A stretch of DNA of 64,000 nucleotides, taken from a virus. The stretch covers positions 1 through 64,000 of IMG/VR virus record IMGVR_UViG_3300032053_000032; one strand, written 5' to 3'. The translations under genes and the position numbers were made by a program. Positions 45,963-54,341 of the stretch are shown here, in pieces; within the stretch, counting starts at the first letter, position 1; every line of letters starts with the position of its first letter. The notes beneath the pieces are model-generated. The model was not told the DNA's origin. It was given only the letters and a program-made list of their open reading frames with translations, and searched no databases.

Positions 45963-46646
45963 TTAAACGCCGCGCTTTTTCAGCACACCGACGTGTTTAG
46001 CCACGCCGGCAGCACCCGAGATCGCGAACAGCACCTCCATGTCCGCCTCCAGATCTGCCAGTCGCTGGCCGCCCGCGTCGAAGACGGCCTGGATCCGGTT
46101 CAAAGTCTCGCGCCGAACGACCACAGCCAGCGTCATGTCCGACGCGATCTGCACCGCCCAGCGAGGCGCGTAGGTGCCGGCCGGGCGGACGTACACCTCC
46201 ATCTGCCGCGGCCCATGGATCGCTGCTTGGCGCTGTTTCCGAAGCGGCGGGTAGACGACGCCCGCCATCCCGTGGCCGTCGATCTGAACATAGCGCCGAA
46301 CCTCGTAGCTAGTCTCGATCCGGTCGACGTTGCTTCGCTGGATCGAAGCCGTCCCGTTACCCGCTGACACGAGTCCAGCCACGGCCATCTCCTTGCGCAC
46401 CCGTTCCTGCCCAGACTTCATCTGCCGACGCTGGCAGTGGCCCTCGACGACGTCTGACCCCTGGTGGCGGTAGAGATCCCGCGTTGCGCCACCGCACCAT
46501 GGGCACTTCACCACGCCTTCCAAGCGGGATCTCTCGGCTTTAGCCGCGCGAGCGACCGCGACGCGCTCGACCATCGCGTCTCGCTTCTGGAGCAAGTTGT
46601 CGATGGACACCGACGGGACCAGCGACTCGTTCACGGGAGTAGTCAT
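45963..46646 (-). CDS. hypothetical protein; N-terminus resembles DUF4942-type proteins
   Basis: Start MTTPVNESLVPSVSIDNLLQKRD coupled to the upstream stop; CPWC. Confidence 0.5.
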   Translation of the reverse strand: MTTPVNESLVPSVSIDNLLQKRDAMVERVAVARAAKAERSRLEGVVKCPWCGGATRDLYRHQGSDVVEGHCQRRQMKSGQERVRKEMAVAGLVSAGNGTASIQRSNVDRIETSYEVRRYVQIDGHGMAGVVYPPLRKQRQAAIHGPRQMEVYVRPAGTYAPRWAVQIASDMTLAVVVRRETLNRIQAVFDAGGQRLADLEADMEVLFAISGAAGVAKHVGVLKKRGV

Positions 46647-47272
46647 CAGCGGGCCTTCCTGCGCGCTTTCGTGATCATGAGATCGGACGGCACGCTGCGC
46701 ACGGGGTTGAGGTAGTTCGTCTCGCGCGCCAGCGCCTCGCCGCGGTGGCCTGCCCAGGTGTCCGCCCACGAGGCCAGCATCGAGGCGCGGGTGGCGGCTG
46801 CTTGCTTGTCGGCGTGCATCTGGCGCGCGGCCGACTGGCGGATCGCATCGTCGAGAGGAGCAAGCGCCCACCCCATCGCGAGGTAAGCGCGGGCGATCTG
46901 TCGAAGGTAGCCGTTCGTCGGCGCGCCGTAGGCGAAGGGCGTCACCTGCCGGTAGACGTGCGCCTTGACGGCCTTCCCGCTCGGAACGAACACCGGGAAC
47001 ACGTCACGTGCGTACGTCCACGGCGCACCTTCGTAGCCGTCTAGCTTGGCAAGGTCTGCGCTGCTGACTTCCCACACGAGCCCGCGCACGACGTCGTTGC
47101 GGCTGGCTGCCTCCACCGTGGCAACCGTCGAGCCCCAGCTGCGCGAGTAGCCGGCGAACAGAAGCCGCTGCCCGCGCAGCTCGGCTGGAGCCACGAGGTC
47201 GGAGGATGGGCAGCGGTGCGCCATCTGCGCTGCGTCCATGTTCGACCCGAACGCGAAGACGAGCTGGCTCAC
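46646..47272 (-). CDS. gamma-glutamylcyclotransferase-fold protein (AIG2-like)
   Basis: VFAFGSNM...RCP...LDGYEG motifs. Confidence 0.85.
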   Translation of the reverse strand: MSQLVFAFGSNMDAAQMAHRCPSSDLVAPAELRGQRLLFAGYSRSWGSTVATVEAASRNDVVRGLVWEVSSADLAKLDGYEGAPWTYARDVFPVFVPSGKAVKAHVYRQVTPFAYGAPTNGYLRQIARAYLAMGWALAPLDDAIRQSAARQMHADKQAAATRASMLASWADTWAGHRGEALARETNYLNPVRSVPSDLMITKARRKAR

Positions 47273-47460
47273 GTGCTACCTCCTGCGAACGCGGATGGGA
47301 TCCCGCTGGCCACCCGATCGCGATCAAGCTCGATTAGGCGCACCAGGTCGAGCTGTTCGACGAACACCCAACGATAGCCGCGGCCGGCCGCGTCCTTGTC
47401 GAGCGACTTCAGGAACGCCCATGTGAGCGGGTAGAAGTGCATGATCTTCATGTTGCTCAT
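47269..47460 (-). CDS. hypothetical protein
   Basis: 63 aa, ATGA and GTGA coupling on both sides. Confidence 0.55.
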   Translation of the reverse strand: MSNMKIMHFYPLTWAFLKSLDKDAAGRGYRWVFVEQLDLVRLIELDRDRVASGIPSAFAGGST

Positions 47461-47744
47461 CGACCCACCCGACGGATCGGCCGAGCGTTGAGCTGCGCAA
47501 CGATGAACTGCGCGAGCGCGACCCACTCGCCAGGGGTAGGTGCCCAGAGGCGCTGCCCTTCGTTGCCGCAGCAGCCATCGGCGCAGCGGTCATCGAAGAT
47601 GTTGACCAGCACGTCGACTTCGACGCGGAACGCCTTGGCCGTCATCAGCGACGCCTTCTGAGCCGCAGTCCACTGGATGCGGAGGACGTTGGCAGGCTGA
47701 AGGCTGAGGACTCGGCCGGCCGCTTGAATTTGCGTTTTGCTCAT
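47457..47744 (-). CDS. hypothetical protein (leaderless)
   Basis: 95 aa MSKTQIQ... Confidence 0.65.
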   Translation of the reverse strand: MSKTQIQAAGRVLSLQPANVLRIQWTAAQKASLMTAKAFRVEVDVLVNIFDDRCADGCCGNEGQRLWAPTPGEWVALAQFIVAQLNARPIRRVGR

Positions 47745-47751
47745 GTTTCTT

Positions 47752-47780
47752 ACTATGGGCGCTTTCCGCGTTGTATGCAA
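47752..47780 (-). promoter_or_regulatory. leaderless promoter, GAAAGCG family
   Basis: TTGCAT-acaacgcggaaagcgcc-CATAGT-aagaaac-ATG. Confidence 0.75.
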
Positions 47781-47835
47781 GGGGCAAAATGCGATTTCTT
47801 CGGAAATCGTACAAGCTACCGTAACTGCTAGCGTG

Positions 47836-48120
47836 CTAGGCGACCTCTTCCACGAGCTTCGCGCTGATCAACGAAGCGATGATGCGCTGACAGAGCACGT
47901 CCATCGCGGTCACGGCTCCCACCTTGCCGGCCGGTGTCTCGTCGGTGCGCTCCGACGACACGTCGATCAGAAGCCCGGTCTGCTGCATCACCCGATGAAG
48001 CAACGTGACGACATACTCGCCCAGCGTCTCACCAGGTGAGAAGTCCATCGCGCGCAGCGACTCGATGATCTGGCGCGCAGTCCCCTGGTGCAGTCGTCCG
48101 TCCGGCATCTTGATCCGCAT
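47836..48120 (-). CDS. hypothetical protein
   Basis: 94 aa MRIKMPDG..., GGAGG RBS. Confidence 0.6.
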   Translation of the reverse strand: MRIKMPDGRLHQGTARQIIESLRAMDFSPGETLGEYVVTLLHRVMQQTGLLIDVSSERTDETPAGKVGAVTAMDVLCQRIIASLISAKLVEEVA

Positions 48121-48122
48121 GG

Positions 48123-48521
48123 CTAGTCCTCCCTGGTGTAGTCGATCGCGTTGTAGTGACTGGCGACGCCGTCGAGCCAGTCTCCCGTCGGAATCTCGAT
48201 GTTGCTCCACTTCCGATCGTGGCTCATCACGTACCCGAGGACGGTGGAGCCGTCCAGCAGGTGAATCAACTGACGGTGGTACAGGCTAGGAGCACCTTCC
48301 AGGCGATCGAGGCGCGCCAGGGTCTTGTCGTCCACCTGGTAGACTTCCCCGACGATGGGCACCCCGCGCCACGTCCAGGTGATGCAAGGGTACCCACCGA
48401 GGTGCCACATCTGCCAGGTGGGCTCCGTGCGCGCGTGACGCAAGAAGGTAGCGCCGGCCAGGTGGTAGTGGTTTCCCTGACCAGAGCGGAGCGTGCCGTA
48501 CACAAAGACTTCGGTGAGCAT
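48123..48521 (-). CDS. gamma-glutamylamine cyclotransferase-like protein (GGACT/YtfP)
   Basis: VFVYGTLRSG, GYPC, GEVY and LDRLEG...Y-R motifs. Confidence 0.9.
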   Translation of the reverse strand: MLTEVFVYGTLRSGQGNHYHLAGATFLRHARTEPTWQMWHLGGYPCITWTWRGVPIVGEVYQVDDKTLARLDRLEGAPSLYHRQLIHLLDGSTVLGYVMSHDRKWSNIEIPTGDWLDGVASHYNAIDYTRED

Positions 48522-48544
48522 CGCGATCTCCTGTCTTGGGCGGG

Positions 48545-49513
48545 TTAGCTGTTGTCGTCCGACGAGGCGGCCGCGATGACCGCTGCGGTGGCAAGCTGGA
48601 AGGACACGGAACCGCTGGAGGCCGCAGTGGCGACGGGCGCCGCGGTAAAGGCCGCCATCAGGTGGGTGCGCACGGTGCTGAACTCCTCACCCTTGCTGAA
48701 GCCGAGCTTGCTGACCAGGTACGTCATGCCCGCGCGGTCCGCCGTGATGGGCGTCGAGAGGGGGATGGAGGTCTTCCAGGTCTTGCAGCGAGCGACCATC
48801 GCGAGGCAGAGCTGGATGTACGCCTTGACTTTGCCAGCGTGAAGGGTCGAGTTGAAGAGGCGGAACTCCACGGTGCCCTTGGTCCAGACCGCGTGAAGGT
48901 TCAGGGCCTGGTAGCGGCTGCCATCGTAGTGCGTGGGGTAGTTCTCGACACGGCCGTACCAGGCGCGTGAGAGGCCGCGCGAATCCTTGGCGATGGTAGC
49001 GCGCTCCGAAGCAGGAGCGCGGCGCAGACGCTCGCAGAGGGTCTTGCCAAGCTTCTTGCAGTACTGTTCGCGACGGGGAAGGACCGCGAGCGACGTGAAG
49101 AGCAGATCCTGGTAGTAGTGCATGAGCGACGCGAGGTTGATGGTGTTCTGCGCCGTGAGCGACTCGGCGCCGACATGGACGTGGATGCCACACGACTCGT
49201 CAACCTGCGCGCCGCAAGCGCGAACGGCGCGAACAACCGCCTGAACCGTGTCGAGGTCGCTGTACACGAGGATGGGCGAGACGACTTCCGCGCCACCGTT
49301 ACAGGGAAGCGACCCGTCGCGCATCGACTTCCAGACGCGCCCGTCGGTGGCAGTAACGATCCAGGTATCGTAGCTATCGTGCGTGTGGGTGACGACGCCA
49401 CCGACGACCGACTGAACGGCCTCTGCAACAACCTGGCGGCTCTTGCCGAACGTTTCGACTTCGAGGCCAAAGCGGAAAGACTTCATCGACTCGGTCTGGT
49501 TCGCGGTGGTCAT
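48545..49513 (-). CDS. putative amidoligase (COOH-NH2 ligase, Amidoligase_2)
   Basis: FGLEVE, DGSL, EVVSP, SCGIHVHVG, RYQALN and TVEFRLFNSTL motifs. Confidence 0.9.
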   Translation of the reverse strand: MTTANQTESMKSFRFGLEVETFGKSRQVVAEAVQSVVGGVVTHTHDSYDTWIVTATDGRVWKSMRDGSLPCNGGAEVVSPILVYSDLDTVQAVVRAVRACGAQVDESCGIHVHVGAESLTAQNTINLASLMHYYQDLLFTSLAVLPRREQYCKKLGKTLCERLRRAPASERATIAKDSRGLSRAWYGRVENYPTHYDGSRYQALNLHAVWTKGTVEFRLFNSTLHAGKVKAYIQLCLAMVARCKTWKTSIPLSTPITADRAGMTYLVSKLGFSKGEEFSTVRTHLMAAFTAAPVATAASSGSVSFQLATAAVIAAASSDDNS

Positions 49514-49526
49514 GAGAGGTACTATA

Positions 49527-49542
49527 TGCGTATTCTGTGCCA
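49527..49542 (-). promoter_or_regulatory. sigma54-like -24/-12 element (leftward)
   Basis: TGGCACAGAATACGCA with GG-N10-GC spacing, 13 nt before the amidoligase ATG. Confidence 0.45.
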
Positions 49543-49927
49543 GTCGCGGTTTCTGCGGTCGCTTACGTGGTTTCGCACACTTAGCCGAATGACGTGCCCA
49601 AGCGAGTGCCGCAAATTGTCTCTAAGAGTTACGCCTACTTACGTGCAAATAGCTGAAATTGCAGGTAACGCGGAGACTGCAATTAGTGCATAGCTTGCCG
49701 TAAATTGTCACTTCGCGCTGAGCGAGCAAACGTATCCTTTATACGCGGTTTCTGCGGAACACGCGTACCCGGCTTTTGCGCTCGTAAGCGGCTAGTTTGA
49801 CTAGCCTTTTGCTACCAGAAGCACCCCAGTGACTTCACCTACCTGTGACGCCAACGGCACACGGTCAACATGTTGACCGGCTAGGTAAGTATGAGGAATG
49901 ACATAGCTGGCACGGGCAAACCGCCTA

Positions 49928-49943
49928 TGGCACAGAAAACGCA
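49928..49943 (+). promoter_or_regulatory. sigma54-like -24/-12 element (rightward)
   Basis: TGGCACAGAAAACGCA, 12 nt before ATG 49956. Confidence 0.45.
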
Positions 49944-49955
49944 TAGAGAGAAGAT

Positions 49956-50486
49956 ATGTCAAACACCGGTTACGAGAACGCACCCCAGACGCTCCTCCTC
50001 GCTACGAACTGCGCTGCGTGCAATCGCCCGCTCTGCGACAGCGTCTCGGTGAACGCCGGCATCGGTCCCGAGTGCCGCAAGAAGTACGGTTACAACGATG
50101 ACGCGACGCCCGAAGCGCGTGCTGAAGCGAACCAGATCGTCTGGTCCATCGCGGTCGCGGGCTCGACCGTCTCCAGCGTCGAGGCCGCGTGCCGTCTCGC
50201 TGAGCTGGGGTTTGGCAAGCTCGCGCGCAAGATCATCGAGCGCACCGCCGACATCGTCATCGAGCTGTCGAGCTGCGGCACCCTCTACATGGTGACCACG
50301 CCCTACAACGAGGCGGCCACCAGCGACTTCCGCAACATCCCCGGCCGCCGCTGGCTGAAGGCGCTCAAGGAGAACCACATCCCCGTCACCTCGCGCCGCC
50401 AGCTCTGGAACGCGCTCTGCGCCCACTTCACCGGGATGATCGGCTGCGGTCCGTCGGGCGCTTTTGTAGTTCAGGCGGTGCGCTAG
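49956..50486 (+). CDS. DUF6011-like Zn-binding protein with HARP-like C-terminal domain
   Basis: CAACNRPLCDSVSVNAGIGPEC; PYNEAATSDFRNIPGRRW. Confidence 0.65.
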   Translation: MSNTGYENAPQTLLLATNCAACNRPLCDSVSVNAGIGPECRKKYGYNDDATPEARAEANQIVWSIAVAGSTVSSVEAACRLAELGFGKLARKIIERTADIVIELSSCGTLYMVTTPYNEAATSDFRNIPGRRWLKALKENHIPVTSRRQLWNALCAHFTGMIGCGPSGAFVVQAVR

Positions 50487-50713
50487 TGGGCGCTGTCGAC
50501 TTCATGTCGCAGCAGGGGCTGTTCCGCGAGCACGACGTCATCCTCGTCCTGGCGACGCCGCGCACCGTCTGCGGACGTCTCACGCCGGCCATCTGGCAGA
50601 TCCAGCAACAGAGCCAGAACCGTCGCTGTCGGCGGTGCTACCCCAACGAGGTAGCCGCGCGGAGCGCCGAGCACGCCATGAGCACGCGCGTCACCGACGG
50701 GCAGAAAAAATAA
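50486..50713 (+). CDS. hypothetical protein
   Basis: 75 aa, coupled start. Confidence 0.5.
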   Translation: MGAVDFMSQQGLFREHDVILVLATPRTVCGRLTPAIWQIQQQSQNRRCRRCYPNEVAARSAEHAMSTRVTDGQKK

Positions 50714-50736
50714 ACGAAGAAATCGCATTTTGCCCC

Positions 50737-50765
50737 TTGCACAAACTGAAGAAAGCGAGCATACT
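50737..50765 (+). promoter_or_regulatory. leaderless promoter, GAAAGCG family
   Basis: TTGCAC-aaactgaagaaagcgag-CATACT-gcttctc-ATG. Confidence 0.75.
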
Positions 50766-50772
50766 GCTTCTC

Positions 50773-50904
50773 ATGGAAACGAACTCGAAGAAGACGACGC
50801 TCAAGTTCAAGGTGGTCTGCATGGAGTGCGGGCGCAAGTTCAGCACATCCTCGACGCTTCCGAGCTGCTCCAAGTGTGGCTCATCCGACATCGAGGTTGC
50901 GTAG
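50773..50904 (+). CDS. 43-aa Zn-ribbon protein (METNS..., leaderless)
   Basis: CMEC...CSKC. Confidence 0.7.
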   Translation: METNSKKTTLKFKVVCMECGRKFSTSSTLPSCSKCGSSDIEVA

Positions 50905-51678
50905 ATGGCGCGCATGGCCCGCGCAAGCCGCAAGCCCTTCCCGACGGAAACGGCTCTCCTGCCGTTCCTGGCCATTCAGGTCTTGCACTCGGTTTTCTTC
51001 CCCGAATGGCGGCATCTTCGAGCGTGGGACCTCTGGATCGCCGCTACTTCCGAACAAGTCTATGGCGGCTTCAGCACGCCGCTCGCCCGCTTCGGGGAAG
51101 CTCTCGCGTGGGCAGGAGCTGCCGCGGTCGCCCAGGACATCGTGGGGCGTTGCAGTGTGCGCGCTGAAGTGCGGATCGAAGCGGGCATTCAGGTGGACGC
51201 TTCACCGTGGGAGCTGGCGCAGCTTCAGGCGATGTCGACCGGCATCGTGCGCAAGGACCAACTCAACCCGGTTGCCGCGCTGTACGCCAAGTATCGCGCC
51301 GAGAAGTCGCAGAACATCGCGGTGCTCAAGAACGAGCACTTCGGCGCCATCGGTGACCGCGTGTCCGTCAAGCTCCGCGTCGAGATGGTCAAGGAGCTGG
51401 AGCCGAGCACCCAGTATAACGTCGCGTACGCGTCACGAAACACCCGTAACAATCTGCGCACGCTCCTCCGCTTCGTGGACGACGCCGGCCGCGTGTTCGT
51501 CTGGTTCGCGTCGCACGCTGCAAACGATGTATTCGCGCAGCACGGCGCCGACGGCCTGAAGCCCGTGAAGCCCGGTTCCACCTACAACGTGGTGGGTACA
51601 GTCCTCAAGCAGGACGAGTTCCGCGGGCAGAAGTCCACGATGCTCAGCCGCTGTGTCTTGACGGCGTTCGCCGAATAG
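50905..51678 (+). CDS. hypothetical protein with C-terminal OB-fold-like domain
   Basis: HFGAIGDRV...FVDDAGRVFVWFAS...GTVLKQDEFRGQKSTMLSRC pattern. Confidence 0.6.
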   Translation: MARMARASRKPFPTETALLPFLAIQVLHSVFFPEWRHLRAWDLWIAATSEQVYGGFSTPLARFGEALAWAGAAAVAQDIVGRCSVRAEVRIEAGIQVDASPWELAQLQAMSTGIVRKDQLNPVAALYAKYRAEKSQNIAVLKNEHFGAIGDRVSVKLRVEMVKELEPSTQYNVAYASRNTRNNLRTLLRFVDDAGRVFVWFASHAANDVFAQHGADGLKPVKPGSTYNVVGTVLKQDEFRGQKSTMLSRCVLTAFAE

Positions 51679-51700
51679 TTCACAAACTGCAAAAAGAACC

Positions 51701-51730
51701 TTGACACAAACTACACAATTCGCGTAAAGT
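51701..51730 (+). promoter_or_regulatory. sigma70-type promoter
   Basis: TTGACA-N18-TAAAGT with A-rich upstream element. Confidence 0.65.
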
Positions 51731-51776
51731 ACCTCAGTACCGTAAAGCACTTCACCCGCACAGGAGACACCACGCC

Positions 51777-52355
51777 ATGACGACCAAGACGCCTGCCACC
51801 AACCATCCGATCGGAGCCCGTCGCAAGCCACGCTCCAGCACCCCGGCTACCCCTGCTGCTCCCTCGCCAGCGGTTATTGCAGCGCAGCCGGCGACTTCGG
51901 CAGCGGAAGCTGCCGCCACCCCGGCCGTGCCCAAGCGGTCGCGCACCAGCGAGATCGCTTCGTGGGCCAACCGTCAGCACGACATTGCCAAGAAGCTGAT
52001 CGGGCGCGTCGAGCGGTACGACAACGCTCACGCGGTGGCTGCTGCCACACTGCTCACCGAAGCGTCGCGCCTCCTTCACGAGGCCAGCATCGCTCTCGCG
52101 CAGGTGCCGGCAGACGCGGTTGCGCGGCGTGGGCGCCGCAGCGGCAAGGCTGAGATCAAGGTGGGGGACGTCTGCGGGATCACCTCAAAGTTCCTCGACG
52201 AGTACACCGACCTGCTCGCGGACGGAGACATCGACGGACCGATGACGGTCCTCAAGACCGGCGTGAAGACCGTCAGCGTGCAGACCGCGAGCGGCGAGAA
52301 GCTGCCCATGGTCCCGCGAAAGCACCTCGTCCTCTGCAAGCCCAAGGCTGCGTGA
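51777..52355 (+). CDS. hypothetical protein with SH3/KOW-like C-terminus
   Basis: AGGAG RBS; IKVGDVCGI motif. Confidence 0.6.
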   Translation: MTTKTPATNHPIGARRKPRSSTPATPAAPSPAVIAAQPATSAAEAAATPAVPKRSRTSEIASWANRQHDIAKKLIGRVERYDNAHAVAAATLLTEASRLLHEASIALAQVPADAVARRGRRSGKAEIKVGDVCGITSKFLDEYTDLLADGDIDGPMTVLKTGVKTVSVQTASGEKLPMVPRKHLVLCKPKAA

Positions 52356-53215
52356 TGGGCCTCGCAAACGGGCAGAACGCGCTCGGGGTGGTCGTCGTTC
52401 CGGGCAACGAGTGGCTGGTCGCTGGGGCGCTTGTTCTCTGGAGGCTCTCCGGCGTCACCGATGATGATCAGCTTGGCGCGGCGTGGTCGCGCGCAGGGCT
52501 CGACCGCGCGATGCTTCCCAAGGAGACGTCGCTCAAGGACGCGATGAGGATCGCGGTGCAGAAGCAGGTGGCGAAGCACCGGCTCGTGCGACGAACGTCG
52601 ACGGGCTGGCAGATCGTGGACGAACGCGAGCTGGCCTCCTCCGACGATCTGGAGTGGACGCCTACCTGCAAGGTGAAGCTGGACAAGGTCGGCCGGCTCG
52701 ACATCAGGCCCGCCGATCACGCGCTCGCGCCGGCCATCCGCGCCGCGTACGACCTTGCGCAGGAGACGCTCTCGACCAACCGCACGTCATCGTGGCTCGT
52801 CTCGCTCGTGCATCACTGCCGCGGCGTTTCGATCACCCGTGAAGGCGGGATGTACTTCATCCCGAACGCGCTCCTCCCGGTCTGGCGGACGATGACCGGG
52901 GCGATCCGAGAAGCGACAATGCACAGCACCTACGAGATCCCGGCCATGACGGCTGACGACGTCGTTCGCCTCGTGCTTGACGCCGTCGTCGATGAAGCCA
53001 CGAAGCTCACGACCATCATCGAGACGGAACTGGACACCGGCGATCTCGGCCGTGATGCGCTCGCCACCCGTTACGACAAGATCGTGGCGGTCTGCGCCAA
53101 GGCAGAGACGTACGAAGCTCTGCTCGACAACCGGCTCGACAAGATCCGCGAACGGCTGATCACGCTCCAGGCTTCCATCACGGAAGCCGCTCTCGCGAAA
53201 GGGGACGACCAATGA
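52352..53215 (+). CDS. hypothetical protein (DUF6744/DUF3150-like)
   Basis: GALVLW...REGGMYFIP motif; helical C-terminus. Confidence 0.5.
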   Translation: MMGLANGQNALGVVVVPGNEWLVAGALVLWRLSGVTDDDQLGAAWSRAGLDRAMLPKETSLKDAMRIAVQKQVAKHRLVRRTSTGWQIVDERELASSDDLEWTPTCKVKLDKVGRLDIRPADHALAPAIRAAYDLAQETLSTNRTSSWLVSLVHHCRGVSITREGGMYFIPNALLPVWRTMTGAIREATMHSTYEIPAMTADDVVRLVLDAVVDEATKLTTIIETELDTGDLGRDALATRYDKIVAVCAKAETYEALLDNRLDKIRERLITLQASITEAALAKGDDQ

Positions 53216-53826
53216 TCGAGGTGGACGTCAAGACGATCGGCAAGGTCGCCAAGACGGTAGCGCGCAAGTACGCGCGCAGGTGCTGGTGGGCGGACAAGGA
53301 AGACCTGGAGCAGGAGGCGCTCCTCACGATCCTCCAGTGCCGCTACACCTTCAAGCAGGACGTCCACCGCCAGCCGCACGAAGTCGGCGACCGCGGCGTG
53401 CCATTCGAGAAGTACGCCGCCCGCGCGGCCATGCTCGCGCTGCGGGTCTACCTTCTGCGCGAGTCGGCGCCCGTGTCGGCGCGTGGCAACAACGGCGCGA
53501 TGGGGGTGCTCGCCGGCATCTTCCGTGCGCCAACGTCCAGCCTCGACCACACGCCTCACGAGGCATGTCTTCAGGATCAGGAAGTCCTTCACCAGCTCTG
53601 GCTCTCCAAGGTGCGCGCTGTGGTGGCGCGCCTCCTTGACGAGATGGACGCTACCGCGACGGGTGCAGCCTTCCTCGCTGAACCCGTACTCTTGCACGAC
53701 GCGCGGCCGTACGAGGTAGCGCGGCGCACCGGCGTGCCTGTCAAGCGGGTCTACCGCGCGGTGCAGCAGTTCAAGGCGTTCGCGGTGGCTGACCCGGAGC
53801 TGCACACGCTCTGGAAGGCCAGGTAG
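53212..53826 (+). CDS. RNA polymerase sigma-factor-like protein
   Basis: Region 2-like EDLEQEALLTIL...FEKYA; region 4 HTH PYEVARRTGVPVKRVYRAV. Confidence 0.65.
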   Translation: MIEVDVKTIGKVAKTVARKYARRCWWADKEDLEQEALLTILQCRYTFKQDVHRQPHEVGDRGVPFEKYAARAAMLALRVYLLRESAPVSARGNNGAMGVLAGIFRAPTSSLDHTPHEACLQDQEVLHQLWLSKVRAVVARLLDEMDATATGAAFLAEPVLLHDARPYEVARRTGVPVKRVYRAVQQFKAFAVADPELHTLWKAR

Positions 53827-53855
53827 CTAGTCAAGCGCCGCGTGCAAGATTCAAG

Positions 53856-53884
53856 TTGACGCTTTCGCGGAAAGCGCGCATATT
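53856..53884 (+). promoter_or_regulatory. promoter containing palindromic operator CGCTTTC-N3-GAAAGCG
   Basis: TTGACG-ctttcgcggaaagcgcg-CATATT. Confidence 0.7.
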
Positions 53885-53908
53885 ACAGGACACGCATAGG
53901 AGAATCGC

Positions 53909-54136
53909 ATGGGGACACAGGCCGAGAAGATGATTGCAGACGGGTACATGCCAGCGCCGGAAGTCGCGCGACTGGTCGGGAGGGACATCTCCAGCGTGTA
54001 CCGCTGGATCACGAACAAGCACATCGAGGCAGAGCGCGTGGGGCGCGCCTGGTACATCAAGCGCACGTCGCTCGTCACGTACCTCGGGGAACCGGCCGCG
54101 CGCCGCTTCGGGATCGTGCTGGATAGCGAGGCGTGA
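53909..54136 (+). CDS. excisionase/MerR-like HTH DNA-binding protein
   Basis: YMPAPEVARLVGRDISSVYRWI...AERVGRAWYI. Confidence 0.8.
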   Translation: MGTQAEKMIADGYMPAPEVARLVGRDISSVYRWITNKHIEAERVGRAWYIKRTSLVTYLGEPAARRFGIVLDSEA

Positions 54137-54341
54137 CTTTCAAGCAGTTCAAGATCTTCGTCTTTGCCGCTATCGGTGAGGCGAGTGGCTCGATGAGCTT
54201 GAACTTGCCGTCCTTACAACCGGACGCGACGCTACCGAGGAATTTACCGAGGACGATTTCACGGCGATGCGGGAAGCACTGGCCGATGCTCTGGCCGATG
54301 CTCTCACTGAGGAACCTGCTGGATATTGAAGGGGGCTTGAC

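Noticed and set aside
49908-49925. Additional TGGCAC upstream of the rightward sigma54-like site
   Set aside because: It lacks GC at the -12 position
53909-54136. Excisionase-like HTH as evidence of an integrating prophage
   Set aside because: No integrase, att site or host genes in the window; this fold is common in non-integrating phages
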